Below, piece by piece: positions 38,014 to 49,100 of a DNA stretch of 64,000 bases. A model generated the notes under the pieces. The model ran no database searches, was not told the origin of the DNA, and was given only the letters and a program-made list of their open reading frames with translations. Origin of the DNA: Pocillopora damicornis (taxonomy: Eukaryota); contig NW_020846500.1 in assembly GCF_003704095.1 (NCBI RefSeq), forward strand, positions 186,001 to 250,000, read 5' to 3'. A program made the translations under genes and the position numbers. Position 1 is the stretch's first letter. Every line of letters starts with the position of its first letter.

Positions 38014-41000
38014 ATGGACTCAGTTGAGCAGGAGCCGGAAGCGGCTTATAGCGGAGAGTTGGCGGCTGAGAGTTACCTGGACTTTGAAACAGAACTGCCC
38101 CTTGACTTTGACCCGACTTTCTATGAGAGTAACTATCAACAGCTTCTCAGGGATCGTGATGAGCTCCGTTTTCGATACGAGCGTGAAAAGAAAGACAGAG
38201 AATCTCTTGAGATCAAGTTACATCAAGAATTTGACCAAAAGATACATTTTGAAGAAAACTTGTCGGAAGTTTCTAGAAACCTGGCGAGTTACGAGGAGGA
38301 GCTTCGGTCACTGCGCCTTGAAAATAGCCACCTGAAAGCGCAGTTTAGCCAACTCAGGACGGCCATCCAGACAAGAGTGAATTTGGGGACCGCAGCAGCG
38401 ACGCAAGGTGGATCAGAAGGGGCATCTTTGAGTACTAGCGGTGGCGTCTTTCTGTCCAGTTCCTCTGGTGAAGGTTCCTTCTCGGGGAGCACTGAGATGT
38501 ACAAGCAAGAAGTGGCCTTACTGGCCCACGAAAACGAGCTTTTTAAGCAAATCATCGATGTAATAGACAAACAGGACTACAGCAAAGCTATACTTGAGGA
38601 CAGAGTTTCTGAAAATAACAACCAGAAGCTTAGGTTGTTTGAGGAGGAAGTAATAAGGCTAGAAAGGGAAAAGTCGCTACTGGAAGATCGTGTGAGGGAA
38701 CTGGAAAGATTCACTCAGGAACAGGAGCGTCGTCTAGAGGAAGCGAACAGCAAGGCCGAAAGTGATCTAAGGGTTTGCAAGAGAGAGAGTAAGGTGTTAG
38801 AAAATGAGCTTTACTCGAAGTCTGCTGTTCTGGAAGATTACGAATTTCAAATGTCACAGATGAAGCAGGCGTATGAAGAAGAAATTCATCAGGTTGAGAT
38901 CAAGCTTGAAATAGAGATCAGCAACAATAAACAACTTCAAGAACAAACTCATCAATTGGAGGAGAATATCCGAAAAATCGAGGAAGAAAGAAAAGAAATT
39001 CTCCTAAAAATCGAAGAAGCGTATAAAACGGAAAACGATGTAATTGAGGAAAGAACCACCCTTGAGGAAACGTACTCACGAGATGTCAGTGAGTTGCGTA
39101 GAAATATTGAAGAGGAAATCCAAAAGAAAGCTGAGTTGTCAATGGAAATAGAACGGCTAATGGCAGAATTAATAGAATCTGACAGACAAAGAAAGGAAAT
39201 GGAAGACAGATTTTTTCGTGAAGCTCAAGAACTTAAACTTCAGTTTGAGAGGGAAAGAGAAGAAATTATCTCCTACGTAAATGGATCAGCAGTCAATCAG
39301 TATATGATTCCGTCAAACTTGATGCAGCAAACGCACTCATCATCTCAACTTATTTCCGGTGGACAGGGACAACTCTCAACACAAGAAGATGGAAAACGGA
39401 AACTCGAAGAAGAAATTCGGAAGAAAGAGAGGCTCGAGGAAGAAAACAAGAAACTCCTGTATCAGATTAACGAACTGCTTGAGCAAAACGTTTCTGATGG
39501 AGGTTCCACAACTCGAGTAAAGGACAGCATGACTGCAACGTCTCAGTCGACGGGTAGCAAGCAAAATTTGAAAGAGCTGATGTACGAAATAAACGAACTG
39601 AGAGAAACCTGCCAAATATTGGAACGAGAAGCTAAGAAAAAGAAAGAAATAGAAAATAAAAACGTAGAACTGTCAGAGGAGATCGAAGAGCTAACGTCCA
39701 AGAAAGATGACATGATCCGTAAGCAGAGAGAATTAGTAAAGGAGCTGGACAATTCGTTGTCATCCGTGCAGCAAGTGGAAGATAAGAACAAACGACTGAC
39801 AGAGGACGTAGAGAGTCTCTCAAGGAAAATCAGGGAAATGGAGGAAAATTTCAGAAATGAAAAGGAAGACTGGATGAGAAATTTCAGTAAGGACAAGACG
39901 TCTCAAATTAACGACATCTTGAGTGAAAAGGAAGCACTCGAGAAAAAGTACAACGAGCAGGTGAAAGTTAGCAGAAACATGGAGGCCGAGATCAATTCCC
40001 TAGAGACGAGAATTTATGACTTGGAAAGGTTAAACGAACGTCTAGAGAGGAAGAAGAGTGAAATAACGGCTCAGCTAACAGAGGAAATCAATTTTGAGAG
40101 GAACAGAGCTAAAACTGTTAAAGAGGAGCTTGAGAAGAGCGTTGAGGTATTTAAGAAGCAGACGGAGCAACTGGAAAGCACTTTGTACGACAGGAAGAAG
40201 AAGTATGACGAGGAGATTAGGACCTTGGAAGAAGAGAAACAGCGAGTCCGAAACGAGTTTGACAACGAAAAGGAGATATACAGGCGGCGTTTTGAGGAGG
40301 AGAGAAAAACAATGGAACGACGAATAAATGAAATAGAGGAGAGATTGAGGAAACAAAACACGTCCAGTAGCGAATTTGTATCAAATCAGATTGCTTTGAC
40401 TTCTGACGAGTTTCCTGCGAGTAACACTATTAATCAACCAGGAGTAAGTACGGCTTCTCAGAAAACAATAATCGAGCTAAAGAGTAAGATAGATACTCTT
40501 ATATCTGAGAAAAAAGAATTGCAAGAGAATCTTTATGATGCAGAGAGAAAGTACAGCCGAAAATTTGATGATATGGAGTACGATAGTGATCAGAAGATTA
40601 AGAAATTGAGAAGTGAGATTGAGGAAGAGTATAGACGAAAAATAGATGACTACGAAAGACAAATCGACAACCTGAGGAAGACCGACTCGTGTCAAAGGGA
40701 TTCAAAAGATATATATCAAGATGGAGTTGGAAGTATGGCTGAACTGGTGAGAGATCACAAAGAGCAGATGGACGAGTTGAGAAGACAAATCAAGCTTCAA
40801 TTGGAAGCGTTTGAAAGTGAGAAACAAACCCTTAAGAAGGAGCTGCAAAACACTACACGAATAAAGGATGGTGAGCACAGATGTCTTCAAAACACCGTGC
40901 AAAAATTGACTGAGGAAGTGAAGAAGCTGAGGCACGAAAAAGAGACCCTACTGAGCAAAATTAGAAAGGGGAAAGGAAACAACAACAGCCGAATCAAAGA

Positions 41001-43497
41001 ACTGTCAGAGGCCGTGACGAAAGTTCGTGAAGAGTGCGATATAAGACTTCAAAAAGAGAGAGAAGGTACCCAGAAGTCCATGAACGAGCTTAGAAGGAAG
41101 CTCTCTGTTTCTGAAAGCAATAGACGAAGCCTCGAGGAAAAGCATCGGAGAGACCTTCATCAACTGGAGATTAAATTCGAATATAAGAAATCAGAGTTGG
41201 AACAAGATACGACGAGCATAGAGAGTCAGTTAAGGGAAAGTCTCCAGCTGGAATATCGAGTTGCTCTCAACAAAGAAAGGGAGAAATACGAGGAGACTTT
41301 GCGCGTATTGAGAAAAGAGATTACGTCTCTGCAGGAGCAGCGAAAGCAAATTCAGCTTAAGCTTTCTGATCAGGGAATACAAAGCACCTATAGCCTACTC
41401 CTCAACAAAGACTTTTCTGCGAATAAGGAGTCTTTTCTCAAAACTGAGCTGGACATGGAAATGAGAGCCTCACGTGGAAAGATGGAAGTCACAATACATG
41501 ATCTCGAGCGAGAGATAGAATTCTTGCGAAAAGAGAAATATGATATAAAAGCGAATTACAAGCAAGAAAGAGCCCAAATGCAAGAGGAGTTTGATAGAGA
41601 AAGGGATCGTCTGGAGGAGAAATACAAAAGACAAATTGAAGATCTTAAAAGAAAACTACAGGCAACTGCTGCTCAGATGAAATCAACGACGCTAATGGAC
41701 TCAAAATTGGTGAGTTAAGCATTAATTTATGTCTACGCGTACTATTCTTTCAAGTCTGAGAGGAACAATTAAACAGTTAGTCGTCCTCTCTCAACAAGTG
41801 CACTTAATCTCTAGTACTCATTCATGTTTTGAAAACCTTTTTTCATTATGTCTTCTATAATTGGAAAAGCTTTCCTCTGAGATCTCAAAATACAAATATA
41901 ATTATGTATTTAATTCCAGAGCAACGGATTCGCGAATCTCAGATTTTACCGGCTCCTCCCTTTGAGTTCAACCATCTTACTACTTGTTAATGTTAAACAG
42001 CTAGACCAGGAGGATCCTCCCAAACAGCTTAACTCTTTTGGAAGCTTCAGTTAACATTGTGACTATTTTTCTAAAAAAGTTTCCGAAATTTATCCTTTAT
42101 TTTGATTCCTTTCTCAGCGATACTCCGCCAGTGTAACTGAATCTCTAAAAGACAAGAACTTGACCTTAGAAGCGAAGAGGAGTTCATTAGAGAGCCAGAT
42201 GAATTTTCTTAAGGGGAGAATGGACGACATTGAAGAACGTCAAGCGCGAGCTCTCCGATCAAAATCCAAGAAGGTTAGTGTTACGAATTTTTAGTGTTTG
42301 GCTGCCTTACCCTCCCTTTTGTCTTCAACCAAAATCTTCTCTCTTTACGATTAGTGCTGCTCATGAAATGTTCCAATTTTCTGGCTTCCGTCACTGCTGT
42401 AAGCAGCCTGCCAGGCTTACTGAGTAAGTAATTAATTTAATTGCCGTTCTGTCCTTCTCCAGGCCACTAATGTAAGGTTTTCCCCAAGTCTGGAGAGAAG
42501 CCGCGATCTTGGTCGTCACTCTGGAAGGCTCTCATCATCAATGTTAGACCTAAGCTCGAGTTCTCTACAACGAAGGGAAAAATCTGGAACTCCCAGAATT
42601 GCCTCCAGATTGCAAAAACTAGCAAGTTCGAGTCGAGAGGCTAAAGATAGCAGGTCTTTTTTAAGCCAATCACTTCATGATGTGCGATCTGTAGGGCAGG
42701 GTTCCAATACAAGAAATGATCAGTACCTAACCAGTCGTGGTTATGACATCGGAGGTTCTTCTTCCACAGCATCAGCTCTTCAGAGTGGTCTTACGTCCTG
42801 CGCACCTGCTCCTTTTTTTCATGCGAGGTCGTTAAGTGGTGGGTTTGACGCTACACGTAGCAGCACCCTTTTACAGCCAGGAGGTTCTTTTCGCAGTGAC
42901 CAGTTATTTCTACCGTCCGTTGGAATCTTAGGTGGCCTCTCCCAAGCAAGAGAATTCGGCGCACTCAGGGGATCAACGTTTGGTGGCTTTGGCGGTGTGA
43001 GTGGATTGAATTCAAGATTTGGTTTTCAACGGGTTATGTCAGGGCCATCTATATATGGCCTAGGTATAGCATCCGGTTTTAATGGCGGCTTGCATCATTC
43101 CGCCAGTCTTGGCAACCTTCATCAACAGTTCTCATCACAAGCTGCAGAAGTTTCCCCGCGACAAGCGTCCAAGGAGATTAGTGGTAAACTTGACGATGAA
43201 AAGGCGTCTGATGACACTCCGCGTCAAGTTATATCTTCTGCGGGAGCCGAGGTTTGTGAAGAAAGAAATACCTCTCATTCAGCAGGTGTTCCCGAAAATG
43301 ACTCAGGCAATGGCCACTCGCAGGAAATCCCATGCGTAATTGAATCAGCTGAAGGTGAATCAACCGCTCTTCCTGAGAAGGACCAGCCACAGGAAATTCC
43401 GTGTGTAATTCAACCAGCTGAAAACCAAGAAGGTTCCCAAGAAGAAGTGATCGGGTCGCCAATTCCACATGCTGAAGAAAATTCTCCAGAAACCTAG
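38014..43497 (+). CDS. Giant coiled-coil protein B (~1628 aa), paralog of protein A, with a Ser/Gly/Phe low-complexity tail; 3 coding exons (38014-41709, 42118-42273, 42463-43497)
   Basis: 1234-codon ORF with donor TTG|GTGAGT at 41709; acceptor TTTCTCAG| opens exon RYSASVTESLKDKNLTLEAKRSSLESQMNFLKGRMDDIEERQARALRSKSKK ending |GTTAGT; acceptor TTCTCCAG| at 42463 is in frame with the 42541-43497 ORF. All introns are phase 0. Confidence 0.87.
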
Positions 43498-44356
43498 GTA
43501 ATGAAATCTGCTATCGGAGCAGTCAGTGTGAGCCTAATTCAACAGTTTAAAGAACCTTAAGAGGTGATGAGTACAATCAAGATCAACAAAATTCTTTAAT
43601 AAGATATGTGATTACTTCTGTCAGTACTAGAGAGACTGTGGTGATTCGCGAAATCATTAAAGGACGACTATTATTTTAATGTTAGTTCAGCCTTACTGTA
43701 ATCAGTAAGCCGATCAAAACCGGAAGATTCTTCATCAGAGAGAGATCAATCTTCCACTTCTTTCTAGTTTGAGGGTAATGTTGTTAAACATAGTTTTTTT
43801 TTGCCAAAAGAATAGCACTTTCTTTCACTTTTTTTTTTGAGATAATGTTTCACAATGCAATCCCCAAACTTCTTAAATTTTTTAAGCTAGAATTTAATCC
43901 AAGTTAAAACTTTTGTATGTACTTGAAGAATCACACGATTCGAAAAAATATTTTTGATGCAAGAGATCCGTTCTGCTAAATTTGAACAATAATGATATAA
44001 TGCTTTTTTCCAAGAAATTCAAGGATCATATTAACTCGAATTTTAAGTATTATAAGTCTTCACGCATTTAATAGATTGTACTGTCTTGAAGGTTTTCTAA
44101 TTGAGCATTGGGATTTACTAGATTGGGGAAATGTTTCCTCTTTGTCTTTTCCTGTTTAATCATCTGTGTATGGTACCAGGACAATATTTGCTAACATGGA
44201 TGGCTTGTTGAGGAAACCGAAGACACGTATAGGGGGCAAAGGGTAGATTATTTCACTTGTAAGAAGGTTTTGTGACTTGGTTTTAACCAGGCTTAAGTCA
44301 ATATCTCAACTTATCCTTGTTGATGCTAAAATAGCATTTCGTGTTACGTTTCGTAA

Positions 44357-44763
44357 CAAGTGAAGGTGGCGTAAAATGAATTTCACACTATAATTACCAG
44401 GTAAAATAGACGATAGTGTTAGAAATAAGGGTATTACAACTTTCAAATGGTATTTTTCAGCAAGTAAAGGCGTGTAATGAATTTCACGCCATAACTACTA
44501 GGTAAATTGGAATTAGTTTTAGAAATGAGAGTGTTGAAATTTCAAATGGTGTTTTTCATACTATTATTACGGGGCCGGTAATTCGTTTATTAGTTTTCGA
44601 AATAAGGGTCTTGAAAATTTAATTTAAAATGATATTTTTCTTCAAGTAAAGGCATGTAAGAAATTTCACACTATTATTACTGGGTTGTTTGGGTAGTGGT
44701 TTTCGAAAAAAGAGTTTATCTGAAGCTATGAAATGAATGCCACGCATTATAATTACTGGGTAA
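44357..44763 (+). repeat. Diverged ~100-bp tandem array (~4.5 units)
   Basis: Recurring blocks GAATTTCACACTAT(A/T)ATTAC, TAGT(G/T)TT(A/C)GAAAT, AAATGGTATTTTTC and CAAGTAAAGGC(G/A)TGTAA. Confidence 0.75.
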
Positions 44764-45353
44764 TTTTTGCGACAGTTCCAGAAGGATAAGTTATAATTTT
44801 GCTCTTAACGACACATCTTAACGATGCTTGTTGGCAAATAAAAACTAAAGTTTCTTCTTTGTTGAAAGATAGAGTAATGTCTCCCTAGACCTGTAACCAG
44901 TCAAACTGTTTCTTTTTGTTGCCGTTCTCAAGCCTTACTCTGTAATTCTGTATTTTTGAAACATTTAAGACCGAGATTTTATTCTGAGTTTGTAATCTAC
45001 GTTCCATGAAAATTCAAAGACCTTTTCCTTTCGTGAAACGTCCTATTAGCAACTGTGTTTTAAAAGATCCCCATGAATTCTCAAAGAGTTGCCAAGATCG
45101 ATAACTTGATCACCCGCAAAAGTTTACCCTGCAACGCGCCATGCAATTTGCATAATAAGTTCTTTAGCACTCAAAGCGGACTGAGAAAATTGTGGTAGAC
45201 TCAAAAAAACGTTTACCTGAAATAAAAATTCTGACTGTTCCTTAATTTACGTCTCCGTCGATATTCGAGGAGCCAGCTTAGGAGCTTAAATGATTATGTA
45301 GTTTCACTAGGATCATTTTAAAGCGATCAATGGTCGTAAAGTGCCCTTACAGA

Positions 45354-45356
<3 letters not shown>

Positions 45357-45405
<49 letters not shown>
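45357..45405 (+). repeat. (AT)n microsatellite
   Basis: Directly visible. Confidence 0.95.
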
Positions 45406-45409
<4 letters not shown>

Positions 45410-46175
45410 TTTAATTTTCTACTTCTTTTTACAAACTTCATCTCAGCAATCCTTGCGCTTACTGAATTCGCAACCTAGGCCAAGAAGAGTGTTGGGTCTC
45501 TGACATAGAACCCAATCTTGGCTCTAAATAGCCAAGATTTCTGCTTGAGGTAGTTAGGTTACCTCCAGGGGATTAGATCAGTGACGTTTTACAGCTTTTC
45601 CACATCTGCTGCCTTTCCAGTTAATAATGGTATAAGAAGTGTCTCAATAAAACTTGGTAGGTAGTTACTGTTTTAATTAATAAAGAAAATGAAGTTGATA
45701 CGTAAATCAGGATAGCTTTATGTCACACTAATAATCTCCTCTGATATAGTTATTGTATTTCATAAATTACGCTCGTTACAGATTAATATATATTATTTTG
45801 GCAAATCAGCGACGTGGCTAGTGGCGTATCTTTACAACATGACTGACTGCTATTATAGCACTTGTCGCTACTTCTCACCGTAAGGGAGTGAACAGCGAAC
45901 CCAACGAGATGCTTATAGTCGCAAGATCACTATACATTATAGTGAGATTATTTTCGTTAACTATACCATTCCGTCTCCTAGTTATCATACACGGCACTCA
46001 GTGAAGTACTATTTACAAATGCGCAGAAATCTGTTACTAAAATCTCGTCGTTACAATCGTGTGATCGTGAATATAGACCGGTTTTCACACAGACTATTCC
46101 ATTTTATTGGTCCTCTTGACTACTTTAGTTTGTGTTCTACCACACTTAACTGTAAGAAACCGCAGTACTTGGGCT

Positions 46176-49100
46176 TCAAATTAACTCTGATGGCCAATGA
46201 AACGTCACCTCGCCTTTCGTGTTCGCAGTTTTCACCTGCGCCCAAGTTAAGAATCTGTAGGAGTCGTCGTTGGTCTGGCATTTGCCATCTTTAGCACCAT
46301 TTCCTTTGTAGATTTCTTCTATTTGCTCCTTACTTAGAAACGTCTTCCACATCTGAAAACAAGTAATTCGTCCAGAAAATGGATTCTCTAAGTTTACGTT
46401 TTCACTTTGCTGCCCAATCAGGATGTTTCCGCTTTCAATAGTCTTGCCCTCAAACTTTCCAAGCCCCAACTCTGAAAAACTGTTGACCACGAAAACGTAA
46501 TTTCCGTCCTTACTTCTCCATGCAAAAGCGACAAAATGCCAGCGGGATGAATCCAGTCCAATATATTTCGAACCTAACCTGCAGATGATATTTTGGAAAA
46601 AAAATAAGGTGAAATTATTTCTTCTTCAAAATCATACAATTGATACCATTTTTCTCATAGTTAGATCTTCCTTAGTTTCGGTAAATTCATACTGCCGATC
46701 TCGTGGCTGGATCTTTCAAGAGATGCTATTTAACTTTTCGAGGTGGCAGCGAATGATGCTTTATCGACAATCCCGGGCAGAAGTCGTCATCAGGGGTATT
46801 AGAGTTAAGAATAGCAACATCTCTTCATTTAAAGGGTCGCCTGCCCGAGAATGACGTTTCTCTCTATTTAGTGAATTTCAATCAGTCAACATTGTCCATC
46901 TGTTTTTGTTAACATGTGAAATGAAACGAATCCTCCTTGTGATTGTCTTTGATGAACAGGAGAAATGATTCCTTTTTCCTGCTCGGGATTGACTGGAGGG
47001 GAAAAGTGCAGGTAGCCAGCTTACATACTTTGTTCTCAAGTTCTGTGTCTACATCTCCCTGTCTTACACAAACTCGGGAAAGAGCAAAGGGCGGAGAGAT
47101 TAATTTTCATCAATGTGTCCAGCACTGAAATCTTTCGCCACAAGAAAATTCCTTCATTGATCAAATTTATTCTCCCGGTATGATAGGACGTTGGTGTCGT
47201 TCTTTGATTTCGTCGTTATGCATAAAAACACTTCAAAATATGACCGGTATAACGCGTGCGCTTACTTGAATGTTGTCTGACTATGTAGAAATTAGGGAAC
47301 GTTTCGATTGGGCAAGCAGACATTTTGGAGGTTTGATCCCATCCTATATTTCATAATATCATAATAATACAAATCGTAAATATTTATGTGAGTGTCTGAT
47401 TATTAGCAATAGCTATATTTGCAACAGGAAAGAAGCCTTTCTCAAGCGCTAAATTGGTAATTATGTTACGGAAGAAGATGCAAGCATACGAAGGGGCCAT
47501 GTGTCGGGTCGCCGCAGTCCTTATCGCGCCCAGTTTACATACTAAACGCCTGGAACGGGCATGTAACAAACACCCCTCTAAATTTACGTACAAATTGGGT
47601 TAGAAAAAGATAACTTACTCATAATTTTTCATGATAATACTCAGCTTGCATTCTTGGATTGCCGTGATTCCTTCCAGTTTGAACGAAATCTCGCTATCAT
47701 AATCGGTAGTGGAATAAACAAAACTGGTGTGTTTTGAATCACATTTGTCATTCTTCAACCACATGCTCACGGTCAGGGAAGAAAGTTGAAGACCTGTTAT
47801 CGTCTCTTTCATCACGTAACTCCCAGTTGATTCAGGAGCGAACTGTACATCGAAATCCTCCTCCGACACTGAAATTCGAAAAATAAAAATTGGAAGCACT
47901 TTTTTTGGAGAGCCAGTTATTCCTAAGTGATAGTTGTATAATCAAATGCTAGTTACAGATGCAGCAATCCATCAACAAACATTAGCAGTCATATATTCTA
48001 GTTACATCGTTCAACAGATTCGTTTGGTTGTTTTTTTTTTATTCTTATTAGCATGTACGTTGACTATTTTAGGGACTTGATCATAGATTTCGTGCTCTAG
48101 TGTAAAGGTAGGGTAATTTGGTATCATCAACTGAGTTGATATCGTTAATTGACCACCATAAAGAGTTTAAAAGCTGACGTTTCAAGCGTTAACCCTTCGT
48201 CAGAGCGAAGGAGGAATTGCTGCTTGTGTAAGCAAAGGTCGGTATAAAAGGGTATAGGTTCGAACCCCGCTTCCCCTCCCCCCCAATCCCCCTGTAGGAT
48301 TTCAATAAAAATATCAGCCGATGTAAGAAAATATGACGGGTGTTTTCTAACCAACATTCGGCTGTGTAACTGAGGATGGAACTTCCTGGCGCACGTTGCC
48401 AACCGCTATCCCGCTCTTCACCTCATTCCAGTTAAGCAATGGATTAGAGTATTTTTCGCATCTTTTCTTTTGAGATAACGCTTTGATGATAGTATCCGTA
48501 AGGGAAAAGGACCACATTTGTAAGCATGTCATTCTTCCCACAAACGGATTTTCCATGTGAGCTGCAGTCTTTTTTCCACCAATGACTAACAAACCGCCGG
48601 CTGGAATCGAGAGATAAGACAAATGGACTCCTTGCCCCGCCAATATTCCGCTGACCGCTTCTGTGCCGTTAATGAAGAATGAGTAGGCTCCTGGAATGTT
48701 CTTCCATACCAGACATAAATGATTCCAAACGCCGTTTTTAGGAGAGAACATGGAATACGCTGTACGTCCTCTGAAATATAAGCAGACGATCGAGAGGTTT
48801 GAAAGGGGTCGCCCCAGATCCCTTGCAGACCTATCAACAGCTCGCTGTACCCAAGGCCCTGACCTCTTAACTCCTGAGTGACCAAGACAGAATTTTTCCT
48901 TATTTACTGTGCTTCAGTCTCTCACCCCAACCCTAAAACCCTTTTTGGTTAAATGAAAAAAAAGCGAATGTGTTAAGAGCTACGAAAAGAAAGACTAACT
49001 GTTCAGTTAATTCCATTGCCCAACTCCTTCCTCCACCCCTCCCCCCACCTTTCGCCTTTAACAACGTTTCCCCTTTTCACAAACTGAGAGCAAAACCATG

